From contig CBEUCH010000001.1 of the NCBI GenBank assembly GCA_965541585.1, positions 1 to 64,000 on the forward strand: a stretch of DNA of 64,000 nucleotides, given 5' to 3'. The translations under genes and the position numbers were made by a program. This document shows positions 47,088 through 56,715 of this stretch, piece after piece (within the stretch, counting starts at the first letter, position 1; each line of letters opens with the position of its first letter). The notes under the pieces were generated by a model that was given only the letters and a program-made list of their open reading frames with translations, was not told where the DNA came from and ran no database searches. Origin of the DNA: an uncultured bacterium. Its GTDB lineage: Bacteria; Zixibacteria; MSB-5A5; UBA10806.

Positions 47088-49409
47088 ATGGCCTTAAAAA
47101 GATTTGTGGTGCTGGCTCTGATATCGTTTTCGATAGCCACGGTAGCATCGGCGCAGATGACGCCGGAGCAGAAGAGATTATACGAAGAGTATCTAAGGGA
47201 AAGGGCCGGTGGCTCGACATCGGCCGGTATTAGCGATTTTGACCACTATATCACGCCGCCTGTTTTTTCGAACCGAGGTTTAGATCTTATAGATGAACGG
47301 GCTCCGAAGGACACGGTCGTGGTATCGCTGCCGTCATCGGCCGGTGAAATCAAGATGTTCGGTTATAACATGTTCGAGGGTTCCCCGGAGAGTTTTTCAC
47401 CCATAATGGAGGCCACGCCCCCGCCGGATTACAAGCTTGGACCGGGCGATAACGTCCTGGTTAACATCTGGGGCCGGGTCGATATGCAGCTGGAGTTGAC
47501 TATTGACCGGGAAGGCAAAGTCTTCATCCCGAAAGTAGGCGAGATTATCGCCTGGGGTCTGACCATGGAGGGTTTCAAGAAGCGTCTCCAGACTTCACTC
47601 TCCAAATACTATACCGATTATGAGCTATCAGTATCGCTGGGGAAGATCAGGCGGATTAAGATCTTCGTATACGGGGAGGTTAAGAAACCCGGAGGTTATA
47701 CGATATCGTCTCTATCCACTCTCTTCAGCGCTCTGCACATGGCGGGAGGGGCAAATGGAAACGGTAGCCTTCGCAACATCAAGCATATCAGACATAACAA
47801 AGTCGAAAATGAGATTGACCTCTACCGGTTCCTCTTGACCGGTGACAATACGCAGGATGCGGAATTGCATTCCGGCGACGTGATTTTCATACCAGTAGTG
47901 GGGCCCAAGGTGAGCATTACCGGCCAGGTGAAGAGGCCGGCGATATACGAGCTTTTTGGCGCTGAAAGACTATCCGATCTTATTGAACTGGCGGGCGGTT
48001 CTACGGCTGAGGCTCATCTGGAGATGGTCGATGTTGATCGGATCGCCGAGGACGACAACCGGATCCTGCTGACAGTAGATCTATCCGATGAACAATACGA
48101 TGATGACAATAATCTGGTTCTCTTCGATGGTGATAGAATCCGTGTTCCCTCTATGTTCGGGCTGCAGAAAAATACTGTGACCCTGGCTGGTCATGTCAAG
48201 CATCCCGGCTCTTATGAGTTAACCGATTCGATGAGGGTATCCGACCTGATCGATGGCGGAGAGCAGCTGATAAGAGATTCCTTCACCAAAAGGGCGAATC
48301 TATTCAGGACCTGGCCTGATCTGACTCGTGAAGTCTATGCCGTTGACATCGATAGGATAATTCGCGGGACAGATTCTGATAATTACCTGCTGATGGATAA
48401 AGACAGTCTTGTGGTTTATTCGCAGAGCGATATCAGGCGGCGGATGACGGTTTCAATCTCGGGCACCGTTAAGGATCCGGGAACATATGAGTACTTTCAG
48501 GGCATGAGGCTGTCGGATTTGATATTTCTGGCGGGAAACGTCCTGAAGCAAGCTTATCTCCTTCGGGCGGAGATCGCCCGCGTCGATCCCGGCAGGCCTG
48601 CGGATATGATCTTTGCAAATCTCGAAGAAGCAATCGAGGAAAAGATCGGGCCCAAAGATATCCTGCTCGAAGAGGACGATATTGTCTACATCAGATCCAT
48701 TCCCCGCTACCGAATTGGGCAGAGTGTTATAATCGAGGGGGAGGTAGAGTTTCCGGGGAGTTATGCATTAATCCAGGAAAATGAGCGGTTGCTCGATTTA
48801 TTTGAACGCTGCGGTGGATTGACACCCGATGCTTTCCTCGAGGGGATGGTCTTCAAGCGAGAATCTATAATAATGGATTTAGAAAAACATCAGGTCATAG
48901 CCATTCTCGCCTCCACCGAGGCTACGGTGCTGGACAGTCTGAATCGTCCAATACCCAAATTGACGGGGGAACTCAACATGAGCCGGGTCAACAGGATCAT
49001 CATAGATACCAACAGGCTATCCCGGAATCCTGATTCGCCCGACAACGTTGCGCTGCGCAACGGAGATTATATCTATATACCGCAGAAACCATCGGGTGTT
49101 CAGGTTCTGGGCGCGGTAGCATCATCAGGAACCATATCGTTTGAATATGATAGGAAGCCCGGATATTTCATAAACGAGGCCGGGGGATATACAGTCAATG
49201 CAAATAAGGGCCAGGTTAGGCTGGTCAAGGCGAACGGTAGGATTTTTGCCGGGAGGAGGGCCTTTAAAAGGGAGGTCGACTCCGGAGATGTCATTGTCGT
49301 GCCCTACAAGTTGAAAAAAGAGAGGGAATGGCTCCGTTCGACTGGATCGATGTTGGGAATCGTAGCATCTATCGCCACGACCGTATTCGTGATCGATAGG
49401 CTGCGTTAG
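47088..49409 (+). CDS. Polysaccharide export protein with multiple SLBB domains (Wza/KpsD-like)
   Basis: Signal peptide; PPDYKLGPGD, IDREGKVFIP.VG, repeated GEV..PG.Y / L...GG SLBB units; C-terminal amphipathic helix. Alternative start at 47058. Confidence 0.9.
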   Translation: MALKRFVVLALISFSIATVASAQMTPEQKRLYEEYLRERAGGSTSAGISDFDHYITPPVFSNRGLDLIDERAPKDTVVVSLPSSAGEIKMFGYNMFEGSPESFSPIMEATPPPDYKLGPGDNVLVNIWGRVDMQLELTIDREGKVFIPKVGEIIAWGLTMEGFKKRLQTSLSKYYTDYELSVSLGKIRRIKIFVYGEVKKPGGYTISSLSTLFSALHMAGGANGNGSLRNIKHIRHNKVENEIDLYRFLLTGDNTQDAELHSGDVIFIPVVGPKVSITGQVKRPAIYELFGAERLSDLIELAGGSTAEAHLEMVDVDRIAEDDNRILLTVDLSDEQYDDDNNLVLFDGDRIRVPSMFGLQKNTVTLAGHVKHPGSYELTDSMRVSDLIDGGEQLIRDSFTKRANLFRTWPDLTREVYAVDIDRIIRGTDSDNYLLMDKDSLVVYSQSDIRRRMTVSISGTVKDPGTYEYFQGMRLSDLIFLAGNVLKQAYLLRAEIARVDPGRPADMIFANLEEAIEEKIGPKDILLEEDDIVYIRSIPRYRIGQSVIIEGEVEFPGSYALIQENERLLDLFERCGGLTPDAFLEGMVFKRESIIMDLEKHQVIAILASTEATVLDSLNRPIPKLTGELNMSRVNRIIIDTNRLSRNPDSPDNVALRNGDYIYIPQKPSGVQVLGAVASSGTISFEYDRKPGYFINEAGGYTVNANKGQVRLVKANGRIFAGRRAFKREVDSGDVIVVPYKLKKEREWLRSTGSMLGIVASIATTVFVIDRLR

Positions 49410-49517
49410 GGAGCGGGTGAAGCGATTGATGGATATCACAGGCAAGGAATCGTTAAGCCGAAGAAGTTAGAAGCCGGGTAGAAAATTTCGAGGGATCAAT
49501 AAAAGCAGAGGTGTGAT

Positions 49518-50693
49518 ATGCAAAGGAGACTGGTTAGAATCGCAAATGCGGTATTGGATCTTGAGCCTTATAACGCTGCGGAGGGACGATATCCGCGCCT
49601 GAACGATTTGCGCTCTGGGATTCTGAAATTGGATCGGAACGAAACGACGGTTGGGCCATCGCCGGCGACAATCGAGGCGATCAAGGATTTTATAGTCAAC
49701 CGTCCGTTGAATTGGTATCCCGATCCTGACGCTGAAGAGCTAAAAATAAAAATCTCCAAATATGTATCGCACCCGCTGGATCACATAAGCTGTTATGGCG
49801 GAACCGATATAGCCCTTGAACATATCGCCAGGACGTATCTTGAGCAAGGCACAGAGATGGTGATCAGTGCGCCAGTGTTTTCAAATGTGTGCGTTGCTGC
49901 GAAAAGTACCGGCGCCAGGGTAATCGAGGCATTTCACCCGGATCCGTTCAATCCAGGTATCGAAACCCTCGTGGACCATATCGGCCCTCGGACCAGGATG
50001 ATATACATCTCAAATCCAAACGATCCAACGGGGGCGCTCTTTAGCGAGGCCGAACTCGTATTCCTGCTGGCTTATGCTGAGAATGTGATGATCGTCGTGG
50101 ATGAGGCGTATTTCGAATACTGCGGCAGGTCGGCCATCGACCTGGTAAAGAGGTTTCCCAATCTCACGATTGTCAGATCGTTTTCACATGGTTTTGGTCT
50201 GGCGTCGCTGGGAGTCGGGTATATAGTCTCTGCTCCGGAGAATCTCGAGTTTATCCAGAGAATCAAAACGGGATACAGCATAAACAGCGTTGCTCAGATA
50301 GCTTCATTTGCGGCCTTAGAAAGCCATGATTACTCAAAAGAATATATGGTCGCAGTCGACCAATCCAGGAAAGTACTTTCTAGCAGTCTTCCTGAGATTG
50401 GATATGAGTTCCGGATGACGCCGGCGAATTTCTTCCTCCTTAAGGTTTCGGAGCCCGAAGAAACCGCTGAATCTTTAGAGCAGAATGGGATTCTGGTTCG
50501 AAATCTGACGGACACAAAACAAATGGATGGCTATTTGAGGGTAACTATCGGGACGCTCGAGCAGACGGACAGGTTGCTTCTGGTACTGAGCAGGCTTGCC
50601 GAGAAATTCGCCACCGGTTTCAATCGAAATCGCATAGTAGAAGGAGCGGCTGAATCCGTTGACAGGCTAAAGAAACCGGTCCCGGTAAAATGA
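49518..50693 (+). CDS. HisC-like class I/II aminotransferase-fold protein lacking the PLP lysine
   Basis: KLDRNE, YPD, NPNDPTG, VDEAY, RSFSHGFGLASLGVGY, ANF, LRVTIG. Confidence 0.8.
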   Translation: MQRRLVRIANAVLDLEPYNAAEGRYPRLNDLRSGILKLDRNETTVGPSPATIEAIKDFIVNRPLNWYPDPDAEELKIKISKYVSHPLDHISCYGGTDIALEHIARTYLEQGTEMVISAPVFSNVCVAAKSTGARVIEAFHPDPFNPGIETLVDHIGPRTRMIYISNPNDPTGALFSEAELVFLLAYAENVMIVVDEAYFEYCGRSAIDLVKRFPNLTIVRSFSHGFGLASLGVGYIVSAPENLEFIQRIKTGYSINSVAQIASFAALESHDYSKEYMVAVDQSRKVLSSSLPEIGYEFRMTPANFFLLKVSEPEETAESLEQNGILVRNLTDTKQMDGYLRVTIGTLEQTDRLLLVLSRLAEKFATGFNRNRIVEGAAESVDRLKKPVPVK

Positions 50694-52102
50694 TGCGAGC
50701 ATCCTTGCATAATTTTTACAGGCGGACGGGATTCGCAGCCGTCGAGGCTGCCCGAGGTGCCGCGGCATTATTGCCGTTCGGACTCAATAAACGGAGGAGT
50801 TTCTGGCGGCATCTTAAGTTTTTGAGGGAATCACAGTGGAAGCCTCCGGAGTGGCACGTTGAATATCAGGAAAAACGGCTGAGATTATTGATGGATTTTG
50901 TATCCAGGGACGTTCCGTTTTATATCGATATTCTCAGAAAGGAGAATATTGCTCCCGATTCGATCCGAAACCTCCACGATCTTGCAAAGCTGCCGGTAAT
51001 CTCGAGATCGACCCTGAAGAATAATCTGCATAGATTTCTGCCCGGGGACGCCAAGCTTGGCCCGGCGTCCCACGGGTCCGGTGCTGTTTCGAAAACTGCA
51101 TCCGGCTTTCCGGTTGAGAAAGAAGCGGCGATAATGGAGGAGGCCCTCATCGCACGACATTGGGAGAATTGCGGGTATGAGTTAGGTCAGCCGGTAATTT
51201 ATCTAACGAACAGTTCGTCCGGTAAAGAGCGTGATCCCTATGTTTACGATGGAAATCATAACCGGCATTGTTTTGACGTAAGCCTGCTGACGGCAAAAAA
51301 TCTCTCGGAGTACTGCCGAAAATTAAAGGCGACTGATGCGGATTTCATATTCGGCTATCCCAGCGCTCTCGAAATCCTGGCGGATTCTATGATTCACTGG
51401 GGAATAGAGTTCGATTTTCTCGGCGTGATGAGCGCCCGGGAACTTTTGACCGATACGGCCCGGGCGAAAATAGAAGAGGGCTTCGGCGCCAAAGTTTACG
51501 ATTGGTACGGCCTGTCGTTCCCGGCCGCAAGTATGGGGCAATGTCATTATTGTGAAGGCTATCATCTGTTTTCCGAAGGCGGAATTCTCGAGCTGGTCGA
51601 TTTCGACGGGAATCCGGTAACGAGGAAAGGGACAGTCGGGCGGATGGTCGTAACAAACCTCACGAATCATGCCATGCCCTTAATTCGATACGATACGGGA
51701 GATCTGGGGGTCTACTGCGGCGAACCATGCCGTTGCGGGAGGGGCTTGCCGAGGATCGTGGAGAAGATTCCGGGCCGAACGCAGGATCTTCTGATAAGCG
51801 ATGATGGCCGGTATATAGAGCCGGGTAGTATTTATGCCCTGTTCTCAGAGTTCGGCATACCGGCGGCGAAATTCCAGATTATCCAGAACGACAGAGGGAG
51901 TTTTTCCATCAAATTGGTTCAGGATCTCGAATGTCGTGAGGAGATAATAAGTCGTCTGAAAAAGGCGCTGGCCGAACGTATCGGCGGAGAGCCGGAGATC
52001 GCGGTGGAGGTTGTTGATAAAATCGAGGCTGAAGGCGGCGAAATCATATCAGTTACCAGAAAGTTCGGTCTTGCTAATAAAGATGCCCTGCAGCCGGCAT
52101 GA
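50690..52102 (+). CDS. Phenylacetate-CoA ligase/CapK-like protein
   Basis: VPFY, LAKLPVI, GYPSAL, VVTNLTNHAMPLIRYDTGD, CRCGRGLP, GR..D. Confidence 0.8.
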   Translation: MMRASLHNFYRRTGFAAVEAARGAAALLPFGLNKRRSFWRHLKFLRESQWKPPEWHVEYQEKRLRLLMDFVSRDVPFYIDILRKENIAPDSIRNLHDLAKLPVISRSTLKNNLHRFLPGDAKLGPASHGSGAVSKTASGFPVEKEAAIMEEALIARHWENCGYELGQPVIYLTNSSSGKERDPYVYDGNHNRHCFDVSLLTAKNLSEYCRKLKATDADFIFGYPSALEILADSMIHWGIEFDFLGVMSARELLTDTARAKIEEGFGAKVYDWYGLSFPAASMGQCHYCEGYHLFSEGGILELVDFDGNPVTRKGTVGRMVVTNLTNHAMPLIRYDTGDLGVYCGEPCRCGRGLPRIVEKIPGRTQDLLISDDGRYIEPGSIYALFSEFGIPAAKFQIIQNDRGSFSIKLVQDLECREEIISRLKKALAERIGGEPEIAVEVVDKIEAEGGEIISVTRKFGLANKDALQPA

Positions 52103-52159
52103 AGAATAAGAGGATGACCGTCGGTCCAGATAAACATTGAGATTTTAGAGATTCAGGTG

Positions 52160-54232
52160 ATGAAAATGATAGAAGCGAGATTGAGGCCCTTTGTTGCCCG
52201 GGCCCGATTGGGAGGAAGAAAATGGCTAAAAAGAATGAAGCGGCGCCTGAGAGTAAAACCGATAGATGATTTTTTTGAAAGTCACTGGAAAGGGGCAGAG
52301 CCGTTATCCAATCGTTTTAGTCGCCGGGATTTGTCCTGTTTCTTTTTCACTTCCACCGATTATCGGAAATATGCGGAAGCTCTCAAATCACATTTTCCCG
52401 ATTCCTGTGATCAGGTCATCAGGAAAGCCTCTGATGTTGTAGACAACTGGTTCAATTTCCTGGGGACCGGTGATCTTCCTCTCGGAGAGGATATAGATTG
52501 GCATATCGACCATAAATCCGGGAAGCGCTGGCCGGACGGGCATTATTCAGGAGTGCAAATTGCCGATCTCAATGAAAATAAGGATGTGAAAATTCCGTGG
52601 GAGCTTTCGCGACTGCAGTTTTTCACCGACCTCGGGCGGGCATACTGGCTGACCGGAGATAACATTTATGTGGAAAAATTCAAGAATCTATTAAGCGACT
52701 GGGAGAGGAAAAATCCCGTGGATATGGGGCCCAACTGGACTTGCAGCATGGAGGTCGCGATCAGGGCCATCAATATTATCTGGGGGATCTATTTTTTCTC
52801 CGGCGCCGAGGCTATCGACGATGAATTTGTAAAGAATGTCATAAGGCTGCTTTATTATCATGGTTTGCACATAGAGAATAATCTCGAAGATATTTATGAC
52901 GGCGCCAATACGAACCATCTCGTGGCCGATTATCTGGGCCTTTTCTATCTTGGAGTTCTATTTCCGGAATTTGATCGATCCGAGGAATGGCGATCGAAAG
53001 CGATCAATGGCATGCAGAAGGAAATAGAAATACAGGTATATCCCGACGGCACCGATTACGAATGCTCGACGTCATATCATAGATTGAAGCTGGAGATGTT
53101 TCTCTCGGCGTTCATACTGGGCCGAATGAATTCTATCGAGTTTAATTCCGTATACAAAGAGCGTCTTCATCGTATGATACATTTCTCTGCGGCTATTACG
53201 GCGCCTTCCGGTAAGTCGCCTTTGATAGGCGATAACGACGACGGGTTCATAGTAAGGTTAGCGAACAATGATCCGGCCGATCATCGGCATCTGATCGATA
53301 CAGGCTCATTGATCTTCGGCGAAAAGGTGCCGGGGGATAATCCCATCTCCGAGGAAAGATTGTGGTATCTGGGGATAGACTCGCTGGTCCCCTATAGCGC
53401 CGGCGCGGAGCCGAGATCGCAATGGTTCAAGGATAGCGGATTCGTGATTATCCGGAATAGAAATCTGCACATGGTATTCAGTGCCATAAAAGCTTCAAAA
53501 CTTGCGATGAGCGGGCATAAGCACAACGATCTGTTGTCCTTCACGCTCGAAATCGACAGGATACCTTTTCTTATCGATCCCGGCACCTTCTGCTATACTG
53601 CGGATTACCAGATGCGAAATCTCTCCAGATCCACCAGACTGCACAATACTGTTACGATAGATGATACCGAGCAAACCCGATATTTCAAGAAGAGATTATT
53701 CTATATGCCGCCGGATGCTGATCCCAGAGTGAACCTGTGGGTGAAAGTCGGCAATTGCGCTGTGGTCTCTGCCACACATGACGGTTATTCAATGCTCGAC
53801 GATAACATCCTGCATAAGAGAAGCGTCTGGACGTCCATGGCAAATTATACCTTTCTGATTGTCGATGAATTTTCGGGAAGATCCAGGCACAGTCACACAT
53901 TTGACTTGAGGTTTATAACGCCGCTGGACAGGGTCGTACGGACTGACAATTCGGCCGTCTCGATTCAAAGCCGCCGAGCCGGGTCCCTGACGATAGGACC
54001 ATTGGATAGCGGGGCGGAGACGCTCAACATAGAGAAGGCCTTCTACTTCCCGCGTTACGGCGTAAGGCGGCCTGCGAATATCATAAAATATTCCTACAAA
54101 AGCAAGACGCCGTTTAAAGTCGCTACATTGATCTCCTACAGTGCGAAACTCAGCGGCAGTTCAAGTGAGCTCCGGATTGCAGCCCGGAATCTTGAAGAGA
54201 GATTTCAAGAGGTTGGAGTGGGGATTTCATAA
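52160..54232 (+). CDS. Heparinase II/III-family (alginate lyase-like) protein
   Basis: KIPWELSRLQF, NW..MEVAIRAIN, NHL, YE.STSYH, IGDNDDG, GHKHNDLLSF, DPGT..Y, HNTV. Confidence 0.88.
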   Translation: MKMIEARLRPFVARARLGGRKWLKRMKRRLRVKPIDDFFESHWKGAEPLSNRFSRRDLSCFFFTSTDYRKYAEALKSHFPDSCDQVIRKASDVVDNWFNFLGTGDLPLGEDIDWHIDHKSGKRWPDGHYSGVQIADLNENKDVKIPWELSRLQFFTDLGRAYWLTGDNIYVEKFKNLLSDWERKNPVDMGPNWTCSMEVAIRAINIIWGIYFFSGAEAIDDEFVKNVIRLLYYHGLHIENNLEDIYDGANTNHLVADYLGLFYLGVLFPEFDRSEEWRSKAINGMQKEIEIQVYPDGTDYECSTSYHRLKLEMFLSAFILGRMNSIEFNSVYKERLHRMIHFSAAITAPSGKSPLIGDNDDGFIVRLANNDPADHRHLIDTGSLIFGEKVPGDNPISEERLWYLGIDSLVPYSAGAEPRSQWFKDSGFVIIRNRNLHMVFSAIKASKLAMSGHKHNDLLSFTLEIDRIPFLIDPGTFCYTADYQMRNLSRSTRLHNTVTIDDTEQTRYFKKRLFYMPPDADPRVNLWVKVGNCAVVSATHDGYSMLDDNILHKRSVWTSMANYTFLIVDEFSGRSRHSHTFDLRFITPLDRVVRTDNSAVSIQSRRAGSLTIGPLDSGAETLNIEKAFYFPRYGVRRPANIIKYSYKSKTPFKVATLISYSAKLSGSSSELRIAARNLEERFQEVGVGIS

Positions 54233-55497
54233 TGAGTCTGTGGCATCAACTCAAGCGTTTTATTAAGCTGCTCGATATGGAGGTTCCGCAGGTGTCAAAA
54301 GCGGCGGCCCTGGAATTGGGGGAACATCGTGGCTTCACCGGTGAAAACATAGTCACGCTGTCTACCCAGGATTGGGCGGATCTCTGGACAGGTAAGCAAC
54401 GTTTCATGCTCCAGTTTGCAAGGCAGGGAAACCGTGTCCTGTACGTGGAGACCCAATTTCACTGGGTGACATACCTGAGGCTATTTGGAAGGCACTGGAG
54501 ACGAGCATTTCTATTTCTCCGGGGAGCAAGAGAGGTCGAGCGAAATCTATACATTTATACGCCACCCATATTATTGCCGGGATTTCAGATATTTCCGTGG
54601 ATAAACGTCATTAATAATTTCGTTCTCGGTATTTTCCTCAAATTAGTTCTTAAGAGGCTGTCTTTTAATGATCCGCTATTATGGCTTTATACGCATTTCA
54701 ATCGATCCCTTGTAAAGAGGTTGAGTTGCAAAAAGGCGTTATATTTTTGTGTTGACGAGCTTTCCGCCGCCAGGGGTCTGATCAGTAAAGAGGTTGTCGT
54801 CAGGCAGGAGGTCGATACGCTCGAATCCGTCGATGCCGCAATCGCCACTACGGATGTGCTCAAAGATACCAGGAATCGGTTTAACGATAATATTCATGTA
54901 GTTCCGAATGCGACAAACGTTTCTCATTTCAATAAGGCCGTGTCGGGCAATTGTCCGGAGCCGCAAGACTTGAGGAAAATACCAAGACCGAGGTTGGTAT
55001 TTGTCGGGGCCATAGGATACTGGCTTGACCTGGGGCTGCTCCGGAACATAGCGATATCGAGACCCCATTGGCAAATTGTCTTGATCGGACCCAAAATGAC
55101 AGACACCGGACTATTGAAGAATTTGGAAAACGTGCATTTTCTGAGGCGGAAAGATTATGATAGCCTTCCCGACTATCTGGCCTGGTGCGACGTAGCTCTG
55201 AATCCCTATAAAGACGATGATCTTGCCAGAGGATGTTCTCCATTAAAACTGTATGAATATATAGCGGCGGGGCTGCCGGTCGTTTCAACCGTAATGCCGG
55301 AAGCCCGACGTTTCAACGGTCTCGTGAGAATCGCAGAGAACCATGATGATTTCATAGGTGGGATAGAGGAGATTCTCTCACTCGAGGAAACGGCCAGATC
55401 CTCGAATAGACGTAAAGCCTATGAAGAATCGCAGAACCATACCTGGGAGAAAAGATTTCTCGAAGTAGAGAAAATTGTCAAGGAGATACTCGTATGA
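54232..55497 (+). CDS. Glycosyltransferase (GT-B, TuaH-like)
   Basis: RVLYVE, YFCVDE, VPNA, FVGAI, PLKLYEYIAAGLPVV. Confidence 0.85.
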   Translation: MSLWHQLKRFIKLLDMEVPQVSKAAALELGEHRGFTGENIVTLSTQDWADLWTGKQRFMLQFARQGNRVLYVETQFHWVTYLRLFGRHWRRAFLFLRGAREVERNLYIYTPPILLPGFQIFPWINVINNFVLGIFLKLVLKRLSFNDPLLWLYTHFNRSLVKRLSCKKALYFCVDELSAARGLISKEVVVRQEVDTLESVDAAIATTDVLKDTRNRFNDNIHVVPNATNVSHFNKAVSGNCPEPQDLRKIPRPRLVFVGAIGYWLDLGLLRNIAISRPHWQIVLIGPKMTDTGLLKNLENVHFLRRKDYDSLPDYLAWCDVALNPYKDDDLARGCSPLKLYEYIAAGLPVVSTVMPEARRFNGLVRIAENHDDFIGGIEEILSLEETARSSNRRKAYEESQNHTWEKRFLEVEKIVKEILV

Positions 55498-56675
55498 AGG
55501 TAGCAATCAAGGCAACTCATATTACGCATGGGGGCGGGCTTGTTCATCTTAACAAGCTGATTGAATGGTTTTCCAGAATATCACCGGAGAAGGAATTCGT
55601 AGTTCTCGGAAAATCGGGACAGGAGAAATTATTTGTTAAGGCTCCGGAGAATTTCGAATACAGGTTTTATAAAGCGCCGTCCTTGAACCTCTTTGCCCAG
55701 GTGTTCTGGGAGCGGTATAAGCTTGCGAGTGTAGTCAAAGAAATTGGATGCGATTTGCTGTTCGAGCCGGGTAATTATGGCGCCAGAAGCGTTCATTGCC
55801 CGAAGGTGACGCTGATACATAATATAGCGCCATTCGATAATCAATATATCAAGAAGGAAAATCCATACCAGAAGATAAGGCTAAAGCTTCTTAAGAGAGC
55901 GACCATCAGCAGTATGAGATCTTCCCAGGGCATAATTTATCTGTCCGAGTATTGCCGTGATTTCTTTTCCAGATACGTAGATAATTCCAGGCAGAAGACG
56001 GCGGCTATTTTTCACGGCAGGCCGGAATTCGTGGAGCCTGTGGATGAAACTGATGTGCTGTGTAGATATGGCATCGATGGCGACTATATCCTCTCGGTGT
56101 CGCATATATATCGTTACAAGAAAACCAAAGAGATGGTCCGGAGCTATCTACATGCGCTGGGGGATAATCCCGATCTGCCGCCGCTCTATATCGCCGGCGG
56201 CAATTACGATTCGGAATATGTCGAACAGATCAAACGCATGATCAGAAAGCAGTCAGGCAGCGGCCGCGTTCATTTTCTGGGAGCAGTTCCCGAGGCCGAC
56301 CTTCAGGCGCTCTACAGAAATTGCAGGGCATTCTTATTTTCCTCGGTACTGGAGACATGTTCGATAATTCTTATTGAGGCCATGACTCACGGCTGTGCTA
56401 TGGCTTGTTCAAATAAGGGTGTTATCCCTGAGGTCACGGGGGGAGCCGCGCTGTATTTCGACCCGGATGATATGGAGGATTTTGCGTTTAAGATAAGATC
56501 GATATGTGAAGATAACGAATTGAACTGGTTTTTAAGGGGGAAAGCTAGGGAGAGAGCCCGGTTTTTCTCTTGGGAAAAGGCTGCAAAAGAGACTCTTAAC
56601 TTTCTCCATGAAGTCATGGATTCGGACAGTATCCGCTCGAGGGAACGGGAAGGCCTGGAGGGGAAGCTTGCGTAA
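55494..56675 (+). CDS. Glycosyltransferase family 4
   Basis: GGG, HN, YKK, FLG.VP, E......EAM..G, ALYFDP, FSW. Confidence 0.85.
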   Translation: MKVAIKATHITHGGGLVHLNKLIEWFSRISPEKEFVVLGKSGQEKLFVKAPENFEYRFYKAPSLNLFAQVFWERYKLASVVKEIGCDLLFEPGNYGARSVHCPKVTLIHNIAPFDNQYIKKENPYQKIRLKLLKRATISSMRSSQGIIYLSEYCRDFFSRYVDNSRQKTAAIFHGRPEFVEPVDETDVLCRYGIDGDYILSVSHIYRYKKTKEMVRSYLHALGDNPDLPPLYIAGGNYDSEYVEQIKRMIRKQSGSGRVHFLGAVPEADLQALYRNCRAFLFSSVLETCSIILIEAMTHGCAMACSNKGVIPEVTGGAALYFDPDDMEDFAFKIRSICEDNELNWFLRGKARERARFFSWEKAAKETLNFLHEVMDSDSIRSREREGLEGKLA

Positions 56676-56715
56676 GATGGGATTTGAAAGAAAAACCTAA
56701 AAGCGGAGATTTAGG

